From Pyrinomonadaceae bacterium (lineage in GTDB: Bacteria > Acidobacteriota > Blastocatellia > Pyrinomonadales > Pyrinomonadaceae), in assembly GCA_036389695.1 (NCBI GenBank), contig DASVWG010000291.1, positions 1-54,452 of the forward strand: a stretch of 54,452 nt of DNA, written 5' to 3'. The notes below the pieces were generated by a model that was not told the origin of the DNA, ran no database searches, and saw only the letters and a list, made by a program, of their open reading frames with translations. Below, one piece after another: positions 46,216 to 54,452 of the stretch; position 1 is the stretch's first letter; each line of letters begins with the position of its first letter. A program made the position numbers and the translations under genes.

Positions 46216-47391
46216 TCAAATTTTATCAAGCGCGCTTTCCAGATCGGAAATCAAATCCTGCGCGTCTTCGATGCCGACCGAAAGGCGAATCAAGCCGTCG
46301 GTCACTCCGGCTTTTAATCTCTGCTCGCGCGAGAGCGTCGCGTGCGTCATCGAAGCCGAATGTTGAAGAATCGTCTCGACGCTGCCGAGCGATGTTGCCA
46401 GCGTGCAGACTTCCACATTATTGACCATCCGTTTTCCTTCTTCCACGCCGCCGACGTCAAAAGAAATCATTCCGCCAAAGCCGTTCATCTGTCGTTTCGC
46501 GATTTCGTATTGCGGATGAGAAGTCAAAGCCGGATAAAAAACTTCTCTGACTTTCGGGTGATTGGATAACATATTCGCAATGGCGTATGCGTTATGATTG
46601 TGGCGCTCCATTCGCAAAGCCAGAGTTTTGATTCCGCGCAAAACAAGCCACGCGACCTGCGGCGCGATGTTGCCGCCGTGAAGCTTCGCGATTGTATGAC
46701 GCGCGCGGTCGACAATTTCACGTTTTCCGATTAGCAAACCGGCGGTCAAATCGCTGTGCCCGCCGAAATATTTCGTCGCGCTGTGAATGACGGCATCGAC
46801 TCCGAAATCGAGCGGGCGCTGGTTGAAAGGCGTCGCGAAAGTATTGTCGGCGACCGTGGCGATTCCTTTTTCCTCTGCGATTTCCACAACTGTGGAAAAC
46901 TCTGTGATTTTCAAAAGCGGATTCGAAGGCGTTTCAATCCAGAACAATTTTGTATTGGCTCGCGCGGCAATTGCATAATTTTCCGCGTTCGACGCATCGA
47001 TAAATGTCGTTTCGATGCCGAAATTTTCGGCTAGATGCAGCAGAAAATTGGTCGTCGTCGAATACATCGATTCAGGCGCGACGATATGCTCGCCGGTTTT
47101 TACCAAACTCAAAACCGCCGCCGAAACCGCCGCCATTCCCGAAGCGAGAGCCAGCGCATCTTCGCCGTTTTCGAGCTCGGCGACGGCTTTTTCCAGCGCG
47201 GCTTGCGTCGGATTTCCGAGCCGCCCGTAAAAATAGCCTTCCTTTTGATAATTATGAATCGCCGCGCCTTCGTCGGCGTCTGAAAAGGCAAAAACCGACG
47301 CGTTATAAATCGGCACGCTGACCGCGCCGTAATTTTCCGTTCGATTTTTGCCCGCGTGAACCGCTTTAGTAAAAAATGATTTTTCGCCCAT
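46216..47391 (-). CDS. Cys/Met-metabolism PLP-dependent enzyme (cystathionine gamma-synthase / gamma-lyase / methionine gamma-lyase family)
   Basis: 391 aa; YGRLGNPT, SATKYFGGHSD (PLP lysine); subfamily not resolvable by eye. Confidence 0.8.
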   Translation of the reverse strand: MGEKSFFTKAVHAGKNRTENYGAVSVPIYNASVFAFSDADEGAAIHNYQKEGYFYGRLGNPTQAALEKAVAELENGEDALALASGMAAVSAAVLSLVKTGEHIVAPESMYSTTTNFLLHLAENFGIETTFIDASNAENYAIAARANTKLFWIETPSNPLLKITEFSTVVEIAEEKGIATVADNTFATPFNQRPLDFGVDAVIHSATKYFGGHSDLTAGLLIGKREIVDRARHTIAKLHGGNIAPQVAWLVLRGIKTLALRMERHNHNAYAIANMLSNHPKVREVFYPALTSHPQYEIAKRQMNGFGGMISFDVGGVEEGKRMVNNVEVCTLATSLGSVETILQHSASMTHATLSREQRLKAGVTDGLIRLSVGIEDAQDLISDLESALDKI

Positions 47392-47403
47392 CGCCTCTCC
47401 GGA

Positions 47404-47952
47404 TTAGCAACAAGATTTTTCGCTGACGCGATTGATGCTAACCGGAACTGTTGCCGGAGCGCAACACGACGACGCGGAATCAACCGGATTTTCTTCTTCC
47501 GCCGTTAATTTAATCGGCGCGGTCGCCTCACTCGCCGCGCAGCACATCGAAGTTTCCGCCAGATTGTCTTCGAGAACGACAAAAACTTCCCATTCATTGC
47601 CGTCCGGGTCGTGAACCCAGGTTTTGTCCTGTAGGGCATAACAGCAGTTCGTCTGCATTTCGTCCTGCGTCGCCAAGCCTTTTTCAATCCAGCGCTCGCG
47701 CATCGCCAGAACGTCTTCGGTCGCGGCAACCTGTATGCCCAGATGCGACAAAGCGCCGCGTTCATTGAACGGATATTGATTAAGCGTTAAATTTAAAGGC
47801 GGATTCTGAACGTCGAATTTGGCATATCCGCTGCGGACTTTAGACGGCTCGATGCCGAGCATTTTTTTGTAAAACTCGATGCTTTGCTCGACGTTTTTCA
47901 CGTTGAGCGCCAGGTGCGCTTTTAATGTTTTGATTTCCGTATTATTTGACAT
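47404..47952 (-). CDS. arsI: ArsI-type glyoxalase-fold C-As lyase
   Basis: LALNVKN..FYKKMLG..GYAKF...PPLNLTL..LSHLGIQV, vicinal cysteines in TNCCYALQDKTWVHDPDGNEWEVF, extra C-terminal CC pairs. Confidence 0.78.
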   Translation of the reverse strand: MSNNTEIKTLKAHLALNVKNVEQSIEFYKKMLGIEPSKVRSGYAKFDVQNPPLNLTLNQYPFNERGALSHLGIQVAATEDVLAMRERWIEKGLATQDEMQTNCCYALQDKTWVHDPDGNEWEVFVVLEDNLAETSMCCAASEATAPIKLTAEEENPVDSASSCCAPATVPVSINRVSEKSCC

Positions 47953-47975
47953 AATTTCTTTCTCCTTTAGTATTT

Positions 47976-47997
47976 CATATACGTTTTAACGTATATG
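47976..47997. promoter_or_regulatory. 22-bp perfect palindrome, candidate ArsR operator
   Basis: CATATACGTT-TT-AACGTATATG, 24 nt upstream of the arsI start in the arsI/arsR divergent region. Confidence 0.45.
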
Positions 47998-48068
47998 TTC
48001 TATTCTCTTGTAACATCCCCAAAATTAATAGTCAAGACATTTTTGCAAAATTGTGGTAAATTTTTTTT

Positions 48069-48512
48069 ATGAGCGAAGATTTTCTTTTCGATTTGGAAAC
48101 TTTTTTTATGGCTCTGGCTGACAAAACGCGGCTGCGCCTTTTGAATTTAATGCGGCAGGACGAAGTCTGCGTTTGTTTTTTTACGGAAGTGCTAAGTGAA
48201 AGCCAGCCAAAGATTTCGCGTCATCTGGCTTACTTGCGAAATGCCGGAATCGTCGAAGCGCGCCGTGAGGGAAAATGGATGCATTATCGTATTATCGAGC
48301 CGGAAAACGATTACGCCGCGCAGGTTTTGCAGGATACGCTGGAATGGCTGAAATCGAACGAAGAGATGCGGAAAGATTATGAAAATCTGGCAATCGCCTG
48401 CTGCTCGCCGAGCGCGCCCGTGACGATTACGCGCGCGCCAAAACCGCACATATTCGCGGAAACAAATATAAAAGCGCCGGAAAGAGAACAGATGGAAACA
48501 TTTTTACTTTAA
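48069..48512 (+). CDS. arsR: ArsR/SmtB family metalloregulator
   Basis: LADKTRLRLLNLM..EVCVCFF (CVC site), winged HTH SQPKISRHLAYLRNAGIV, C-terminal ACC pair; divergent from arsI. Confidence 0.85.
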   Translation: MSEDFLFDLETFFMALADKTRLRLLNLMRQDEVCVCFFTEVLSESQPKISRHLAYLRNAGIVEARREGKWMHYRIIEPENDYAAQVLQDTLEWLKSNEEMRKDYENLAIACCSPSAPVTITRAPKPHIFAETNIKAPEREQMETFLL

Positions 48513-48686
48513 ATTGTTTTTCTCATCTTTCGGATAAGGGCAGTGGCGACAACCGTTATTGCAGCAGTAGCCGCGTTTGAGCAAAAAGTGCGCGGTTAAA
48601 ACCATTAAGCCATTTTCAAAATAATAATCGACGCCTTCGACCAGCTTTTCCTGTTTAGTTGTTTGTTTGGTTTTCGCCTGCTTCAT
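48504..48686 (-). CDS. Small Cys-rich protein (DUF5522-like)
   Basis: 60 aa; RGYCCNNGCRHCPY motif; overlaps the tlyA 3' end by 32 nt and the arsR 3' end by 9 nt. Confidence 0.55.
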   Translation of the reverse strand: MKQAKTKQTTKQEKLVEGVDYYFENGLMVLTAHFLLKRGYCCNNGCRHCPYPKDEKNNLK

Positions 48687-49413
48687 ACAAAGCTAAAAAT
48701 TCTTTATTTCCGTCCGCGCCCAGAATCGGCGAATCAATTACGCCGGCGACTTTTAAATTGTTTTCCATCGCGCAATTATTCACTTCATTAATTACTCGTT
48801 CGTGTTTTTCCGCGTCGCGAACAATGCCGCCTTTGCCGACTTCGCCGCGTCCGACTTCAAACTGCGGTTTTATTAAAACGATTATTTTTCCGGCATTTTT
48901 CAAAAGCGGGGGCAGAGCGGGAAAAATTTTCGTGACCGAGATAAAGGAAACGTCCATCACGATTAAATCGAATTTTTCGTCGAAATCCGCTGGCTTCAGA
49001 TAACGCGCGTTGGTGTTTTCGCGCACTTCGACGCGCGAGTCGTTTCGGAGTTTCCAGACGAGCTGATTCGTTCCGACATCGACAGCGACAACTTTTTTCG
49101 CGCCGTTCTGCAAAAGACAATCGGTAAAGCCGCCGGTCGATGCGCCGATGTCGAGACAGATATATTCGTTTACGGCAATATGAAATTCATGCAGCGCTTT
49201 TTCGAGTTTCAAGCCGCCGCGACCGACGTATTTTGATTCGGCTGTTTTGCCTTTTATTCTTATTTTCGAGTCGACGGAAAATTCCTGCGAAGATTTTTCG
49301 GCGCGCATTTCGTTAACCAGAACGACGCCCGACATCACCAGCGCCTGCGCTTTCGTTCGCGAATCAGTGAAGCCTTGCTCGACTAACAATTTGTCAATTC
49401 GTTCTTTCTTCAT
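48655..49413 (-). CDS. tlyA: TlyA-family 16S/23S rRNA (cytidine-2'-O)-methyltransferase
   Basis: S4-like N-terminus RIDKLLVEQGF..SRTKAQALV, FtsJ-type SAM site CLDIGASTGGFTDCLL. Confidence 0.88.
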   Translation of the reverse strand: MKKERIDKLLVEQGFTDSRTKAQALVMSGVVLVNEMRAEKSSQEFSVDSKIRIKGKTAESKYVGRGGLKLEKALHEFHIAVNEYICLDIGASTGGFTDCLLQNGAKKVVAVDVGTNQLVWKLRNDSRVEVRENTNARYLKPADFDEKFDLIVMDVSFISVTKIFPALPPLLKNAGKIIVLIKPQFEVGRGEVGKGGIVRDAEKHERVINEVNNCAMENNLKVAGVIDSPILGADGNKEFLALYEAGENQTNN

Positions 49414-49523
49414 TTAACTCAAGCAAGTAAAAAAAGTTCGATTTCGATTAAGCGAATCTAATTTTGCAGGTCATTTATCTTTCAAATTCAAAGTGTTATG
49501 CTACTACTTTTGAATTTACCAGA

Positions 49524-50510
49524 ATGAAAAGGGAAACAAAACTGTCGGGCTTTGCCAGATACGCGTGGTTTGTCCTGGCATATAATGTCGTGGTCATACT
49601 TTGGGGCGTTTTTCTGCGCGCTTCGAAATCGGGCGACGGCTGCGGGCAGCATTGGCTGACGTGTCACGGCGAAGTCATTCCGTCGGCGCCGGAGATGAAA
49701 ACCGTCATCGAGTTTTCGCATCGTTTAACGAGCGGTTTGGCTTTTATCGCGGTTTTAGCTTTGCTTGTTTGGGCGTTTCGCCAATTCGGAAAAGGTCATC
49801 CGGTACGAAAAACGGCAATTATTTCATTCGTTTTTATCATTACCGAAGCGCTGGTCGGCGCGGGGCTGGTTTTGACCGGAAATACCGCTGAAACCTTGAC
49901 CGCGTCGCGTCCGTTCTGGATGGCTGGACATTTGATTAATACTTTTATTCTGCTTGCTTTTCTGAGCCTGACGGCGTGGTTTGCGAGCGGCGGAAAAATT
50001 TTTAATTTTAAAGCGCCGCCGAAAGTTTTATTGTTTTTAGGCATTGCCGTGCTGGGAATTTTCTTTGTCGGAATGAGCGGCTCGGTGGCGGCTCTGAGCA
50101 GTATGCTGTTTCCGTCCGGGACTTTGACCGAAGGCGTGGCGAAAGATTTTTCCGCCGCGTCGCACATTCTGCTTCGCCTGCGCGTCAGTCACCCGATTTT
50201 GTCGATTATGGTCGCGGTTTTTCTGGTGTTTCTGGCGGGCTGGCTGAAATCGAAAGCCGCCGGAAATTTTCGGGTGAGTCGGTGGGCAAACGTTCTGACG
50301 ATTTTGATTATCGTACAGATTGCGTTCGGCGCATTGACGCTTTTGACGCTCGCGCCGATTGTCATGCAAATCGGGCATCTGTTTCTGGCGGATGCGGTTT
50401 GGATTGTTTTCGTTTTGCTGTCAGCTAGTTTTCTGGCAGAGCAGCAGCAGCAGCAGAACGAATTGCCGGAAGCTTCGATAACGACACAGTCTCAGGAAAC
50501 GATACTGTAA
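49524..50510 (+). CDS. ctaA: Heme A synthase (COX15/CtaA family)
   Basis: Start trimmed to ATG 49524; 8 TM spans; GDGCGQHWLTCHG cysteine pair; conserved His in EFSHRL, AGHLI, VSHPIL, IGHLF. Confidence 0.8.
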   Translation: MKRETKLSGFARYAWFVLAYNVVVILWGVFLRASKSGDGCGQHWLTCHGEVIPSAPEMKTVIEFSHRLTSGLAFIAVLALLVWAFRQFGKGHPVRKTAIISFVFIITEALVGAGLVLTGNTAETLTASRPFWMAGHLINTFILLAFLSLTAWFASGGKIFNFKAPPKVLLFLGIAVLGIFFVGMSGSVAALSSMLFPSGTLTEGVAKDFSAASHILLRLRVSHPILSIMVAVFLVFLAGWLKSKAAGNFRVSRWANVLTILIIVQIAFGALTLLTLAPIVMQIGHLFLADAVWIVFVLLSASFLAEQQQQQNELPEASITTQSQETIL

Positions 50511-50583
50511 AACTTTCGTTTAGCGACGACAAAGAGTGAAATAAAATTTAAAGAAAAGAAAAAATGAGGTTTAGTTTTTCTTT

Positions 50584-51018
50584 TTAAATCAATTTGTTAC
50601 AGACGCCCGTCTTAATTTCGTTTGCCTTCGCGGTCGGCGCGCCGGATTTGCTGCAAAACATAAAACCGACAATTATCAGTAAAGTTACGATAACGAGCGG
50701 AACGAGCCAGTTAAACATCGGATTTTCCGAGTACTCGCCGTCCGTCAAATCGCCGATTTCGGAAAAGGCTGTCGCCGCCGCGCGGTCGCTGACCGTTCCG
50801 ACGCCGCTGCCGAAACCTCTCGCGTCGCGGTCGAAAGTTTCGGCTGCGGCGGTGCCGATGCGGTCAACCGTCTCGGCTGTGTGCGGAACTTCGTCGGCTT
50901 GCAAAGGGACCGTTTCCGTCTCCGCCGCCGGCGCTTCTAAATCCAAAAAAGTTCCGTCGACGGGACAAACCGCGACGCTGTCGGCATATTCTTTTTTACA
51001 ATTCGGACATGTTTTCAT
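50584..51018 (-). CDS. Zinc-ribbon protein with C-terminal TM anchor
   Basis: CPNC..x..CPVDG N-terminal ribbon; one TM (LVPLVIVTLLIIVGFMF). Confidence 0.5.
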   Translation of the reverse strand: MKTCPNCKKEYADSVAVCPVDGTFLDLEAPAAETETVPLQADEVPHTAETVDRIGTAAAETFDRDARGFGSGVGTVSDRAAATAFSEIGDLTDGEYSENPMFNWLVPLVIVTLLIIVGFMFCSKSGAPTAKANEIKTGVCNKLI

Positions 51019-51056
51019 GCAATTTTCCTCAATCAGAATTATTTATTTTTAAATCT

Positions 51057-51791
51057 TTAATCGGGCGAATGCAAGCGTTTGCTTTCCCGCCATTGTTTTC
51101 CACGCAAGACCAGTTCGTCAAGCGATTTTTGCAGTTCCTGCCGCTTATTTTCCAAAACTTCGTCGCCCGCATCCGCCGGAACGTAAATCGGCTCGTTAAT
51201 TATCAGGCGCGCGCGGCTGAACGGTTTCGGAATTTGCAGATTGTCCCAGCTTTTCAGACGCCAGAATTTTTCGGCTTCGACCGCGAAAGGCATCAAAGGA
51301 TTTCCGGTTTTTTTCGCCAGAAGGCACGCGCCGATTTTCGCGACGTATTTCGGTCCTTTCGGTCCGTCAATCGTAAAGCCCATCGGCAAACCTTCACGCA
51401 TTAAACGAATCATTTCGACCAGCGCCGCCACGCCGCCGCGCGTCGAAGAGCCGCGCGCCGCGCCGTAGCCGAAACGCTGTATAAAACGCGCGATGTATTC
51501 GCCGTCAAAGCTCTGCGACGTGATGACGACGATGCCGCGACGGCGAAAAAAATACGTTCCGAGAAAAATCCGGTTGTGCCAGAAAGTGTAAATCGGAACT
51601 CGTCCGGCTCGCTCAATCGCTTCGAAATTTTCCCAGCCTTCCAGTTCGAAACGCACGGTTTTTCCGATAAAATTTATCAGGAAATAAAAGGCTAAATCGG
51701 CAGCTCGAATCAGACATCTTTGCCTGAAAGAATAACCGGCAAGCGAGGCAAACTCGTAAACTTCGCGAATTTTTTTATTTTTGCGCGGCAT
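51057..51791 (-). CDS. DUF374 lysophospholipid acyltransferase-like protein
   Basis: FWHNRIF...ITSQSFDGEYIARFIQRFGYGAARGSSTRGGVAAL. Confidence 0.75.
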   Translation of the reverse strand: MPRKNKKIREVYEFASLAGYSFRQRCLIRAADLAFYFLINFIGKTVRFELEGWENFEAIERAGRVPIYTFWHNRIFLGTYFFRRRGIVVITSQSFDGEYIARFIQRFGYGAARGSSTRGGVAALVEMIRLMREGLPMGFTIDGPKGPKYVAKIGACLLAKKTGNPLMPFAVEAEKFWRLKSWDNLQIPKPFSRARLIINEPIYVPADAGDEVLENKRQELQKSLDELVLRGKQWRESKRLHSPD

Positions 51792-51909
51792 TGATAGGCA
51801 GAAACTAGCAAGTTAGGTTATTATTTGCAACAAAGCAATAGATTTTATCGTAAATTTTGTTGCGGGACTTGTCTATGAAATAAGCTCTAAATCGTTTGAA
51901 AAGGTAAAG

Positions 51910-52716
51910 ATGCAAAGAAAAATTTTGATTATCGACGACCATGATGACCTGGCGACGGCGCTGCGGGAAAAATTTTCCGAACTCGGTCACGACGTCAAGA
52001 TAATCGAAAGCCGCCGCGAAGCGCTCGCCGCGCCGGAAATCGAAGATTTCGATTTGGTTATCACCGACCTGGACGACAGTGAAAAACTGGTCTCGGCACT
52101 CAATCAAAACGGCAACGGCAGCGAATGTCTGCCGGAAGCCGAAGCGGCAGAAACTGCCGAAAGCGTCAAAGCCTTTAAAATCTGCGCCACAAATTTTCGC
52201 CGCGACGAATTTAACGAGGACGAGCTGAAAACGCTCGTCGAGATTGCCTTAGATTACAAAACAAAATTTATCGACCAGCGAAAAGCCATGCAGAATCTGC
52301 ACGAAAACATCGAGTTTGAACTGCCGAGCACTATCAGCGTGATGCATTCGGTGCTCGAATACCTGATGAAGCGCGTCGAAAAAGTCGGCGTCGTTCATTC
52401 GGAAAACTCTAATCTTTTCATCGCTTTAGATGAAGCCTTCGTCAACGCCGTCAAGCACGGCAACAAATTCGACACGCAGAAAAACATCAAAATCACGGCG
52501 GAAGTTTCGACCAAAGAAGCGCGTTTTACCATCGAGGACGAAGGCGAGGGCTTCGACGTCGCGGCGATTCCAGACCCGTGCGACCCGGAAAATCTTTTTA
52601 AAACTTCCGGGCGCGGCGTCCTTTTTATCTACAACATTATGGACGAAGTGAAATACAACGAGCGCGGCAATCGCCTGACAATGATAAAAAAATCTGATAA
52701 AACTGAAAATGTATGA
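51910..52716 (+). CDS. Response-regulator receiver fused to RsbW/SpoIIAB-like anti-sigma serine kinase (HATPase_c_2) domain
   Basis: KILIIDDHDDL...DLVITDL receiver; C-terminal EAFVNAVKHGN, EDEGEGFD, GRGVLFI ATPase blocks. Confidence 0.7.
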   Translation: MQRKILIIDDHDDLATALREKFSELGHDVKIIESRREALAAPEIEDFDLVITDLDDSEKLVSALNQNGNGSECLPEAEAAETAESVKAFKICATNFRRDEFNEDELKTLVEIALDYKTKFIDQRKAMQNLHENIEFELPSTISVMHSVLEYLMKRVEKVGVVHSENSNLFIALDEAFVNAVKHGNKFDTQKNIKITAEVSTKEARFTIEDEGEGFDVAAIPDPCDPENLFKTSGRGVLFIYNIMDEVKYNERGNRLTMIKKSDKTENV

Positions 52717-53510
52717 AGCCGCAACCCGGAAAAGTTTTTCTTTCAATAACTTTTGTCGTTCTGTCCGCTCTACAGCTTTTCGCGCAAACTCCGACAAGTA
52801 ATCACTCGTCAGTCAAAATCGAAATTAAAAATTACAAATATATCGTTTCCGGCGTCGTTTCGAGCGAAGCGGTAAAAAATGAAATCGTCGCAAAAGTCAG
52901 CGAAATAAGTAAAAATAACGCTGAATTTTCCGGACTTAAAGTCGCTGCCGCCGCCGAACGCTTCAGCGACGGCTGGCAGAAGGATTTTGACAAAGCGCTT
53001 TTTAAATCGAAGCTCTGGAAATCGGGCGTGTTTATTTTCACGACGACGCGAAACGCGAGCGATTATCCGAATGCGCCGGACGAAATTTTAAACGCGGGGC
53101 TTTTTCCGACCGACGGCGGCGCGCCGTTTAGAATCGCGGATTACGGAAATAAAACGGTTGTTTTATTTTTTCTGGCGTCGTGGTGTTCGCCGTGCGTTCA
53201 GCAGGCTGAGGCTTTGCAGGAATTTTACGCGGAGGCTTCGGCAAGCGGCGTGGAAATAATCGGCGTCAATACGGACACGGATGCAGACGAGAAATTTAAA
53301 GACTTCGTCGCGATGCGTAAATACAGCTACAAAATGACTGAGGGAAACGAAAAGCTTTACGCCGCCGCGCTCAGCGTTTCCAAATTTGCGGGCATTCCGC
53401 AGGCTTTCTTAATCCGCGACGGAAAGCTTTACGGAATATTTAAGGGCAATGCGCCGAATACGATTAAAAAGCTGAAAGAAGTGACTCTCGAGGTGGCAAA
53501 AATGAGATAA
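52713..53510 (+). CDS. Exported TlpA/ResA-like thioredoxin-fold protein with N-terminal BON-like region
   Basis: Signal peptide; WCSPC active site; ATGA start/stop overlap with the upstream gene. Confidence 0.7.
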   Translation: MKPQPGKVFLSITFVVLSALQLFAQTPTSNHSSVKIEIKNYKYIVSGVVSSEAVKNEIVAKVSEISKNNAEFSGLKVAAAAERFSDGWQKDFDKALFKSKLWKSGVFIFTTTRNASDYPNAPDEILNAGLFPTDGGAPFRIADYGNKTVVLFFLASWCSPCVQQAEALQEFYAEASASGVEIIGVNTDTDADEKFKDFVAMRKYSYKMTEGNEKLYAAALSVSKFAGIPQAFLIRDGKLYGIFKGNAPNTIKKLKEVTLEVAKMR

Positions 53511-53574
53511 GGTCAGGCTAGAAAATAATGCGCGTAACAATCGGACAAATCAACACGATGTAATTTAAGAATCT

Positions 53575-54452
53575 ATGACCAGCAGAACTGCCAACAAAAT
53601 CAAACAACGCAGAGAGAGCTTCAAAGAAAATCAAACTCCGGTCGTTGTGCGAAAACCAAATAAGGAGTTGTTTTCGCTTTTAGCAGGGACATCAGTTGTC
53701 GTTATTATTTTTCTTTCATATTTAGGATATTATAGAAGTGATTTTACAAACGAGTTGATAATCCCAATTATTGTTGCTGTCACCGTTTTGCTTTTGTTGA
53801 TTATCTGGTATTTGCCGAAATTTTATGTCCGGTCATTACCGATTGAAACAGGAAAAGACTTTGACCGCGAAAAAGAGAGACTCAAACTTGAAGATGATAC
53901 ACGAAAAACTTTTGCTCAGATTGTTGGCGGCATCGTGTTTCTTGGAGGTCTGATTTTCACCTATAACACTTTTCGCCTTCAGCAAGAAGGACAATTCACT
54001 GACCGTTTTACCAAAGCAGTTGCCCAACTTGGCGATGATAAATTGGAAATCCGTCTGGGCGGTTTGTATGCTTTAGAAAGAATTGCGAAAGATTCACCAA
54101 AAGATCATTGGACAGTAATGGAAATTCTTTCGGCGTATATTCGTGAAAGCACGAAGAAAAAAGAGGAAATTGCTGAGAATAACAGTAACAAGCCCGCAAA
54201 TGTCAACGTTAATGAAACGAAAAAAAATGAGAAAATTACAACGGATATTCAAGCGGCTTTAACCATTGTCGGGCGAAGAAAAATCGAACAAGATTCAAAA
54301 ACAGACAAAATAAATCTAAGTGGGGCAAATTTAAATAGGTCAAATTTAAATGGGTCAAATTTAAGAAAGGCGGACTTAAGGGAAGCAAATTTAATAGAAG
54401 CAAGCTTAAGGGAAGCAAGCTTAAGGGAAGCAGATTTATTTGGAGCGGATTT
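53575..54452 (+). CDS. Membrane-anchored pentapeptide-repeat protein (3'-truncated by window end)
   Basis: Open frame from ATG 53575 to the window edge, absent from the ORF track because it has no stop. My translation gives 3 TM spans, LGDDKLEIRLGGLYALERIAKDSPKDHW, then ANLNRSNLNGSNLRKADLREANLIEASLREASLREADLFGAD. Very AT-rich. Confidence 0.75.
   Translation, partial: MTSRTANKIKQRRESFKENQTPVVVRKPNKELFSLLAGTSVVVIIFLSYLGYYRSDFTNELIIPIIVAVTVLLLLIIWYLPKFYVRSLPIETGKDFDREKERLKLEDDTRKTFAQIVGGIVFLGGLIFTYNTFRLQQEGQFTDRFTKAVAQLGDDKLEIRLGGLYALERIAKDSPKDHWTVMEILSAYIRESTKKKEEIAENNSNKPANVNVNETKKNEKITTDIQAALTIVGRRKIEQDSKTDKINLSGANLNRSNLNGSNLRKADLREANLIEASLREASLREADLFGAD

Noticed and set aside
50511-50583. 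A/T-only weak dyad (AAAGAAAAG..TTTTTCTTTTT) between ctaA and the zinc-ribbon gene as a terminator.
   Set aside because: The stem would be entirely A-T and low-complexity, so it cannot be distinguished from chance.
54236-54452. 15-nt-period tandem DNA repeat (AAATTTAA(A/G)..G..) that could be mistaken for a VNTR or array.
   Set aside because: It is in frame with the pentapeptide-repeat coding region (A-N/D-L-x-x), so the periodicity is explained by the protein repeat. The minus-strand ORFs at 53836-54418 are antisense artefacts.

Overview
54.5-kb chromosomal segment. The gene content and protein style (CarboxypepD_reg-type TonB receptor, many small lipoproteins, several ECF sigma/anti-sigma pairs) suggest an Acidobacteria-like bacterium, but that is inference only. 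I call about 55 protein genes and recognised no rRNA, tRNA or CRISPR array. Housekeeping genes are monomeric icd, purE-purK, dxs, tlyA, ctaA, an endonuclease III-like gene and a Cys/Met PLP enzyme. Accessory content includes three ECF sigma/anti-sigma modules, a DsbA-VKOR pair, four tandem paralogous lipoproteins and a large M16 peptidase. There are two arsenic-related modules: an ArsS-type radical-SAM 'arsenosugar' cluster at 21.9-24.9 kb, and arsR with a divergent arsI-PLP enzyme-nth unit at 45.5-48.5 kb. Two compositionally foreign patches stand out. One is a low-GC two-flavoprotein oxidase cassette (14.0-17.2 kb) next to a MITE-like element. The other is a very AT-rich terminal patch carrying a membrane pentapeptide-repeat gene. 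The most unusual signal is non-coding. Most of the longer intergenic gaps (roughly half of all gaps in the window) hold a long, near-perfect hairpin-forming inverted repeat. Many have arms made of 7-10-nt tandem units, and others look like REPIN-type doublets of small hairpins. They abut or overlap stop codons and even encode terminal residues of several genes. All family assignments come from motif recognition by eye; no searches or computations were run.
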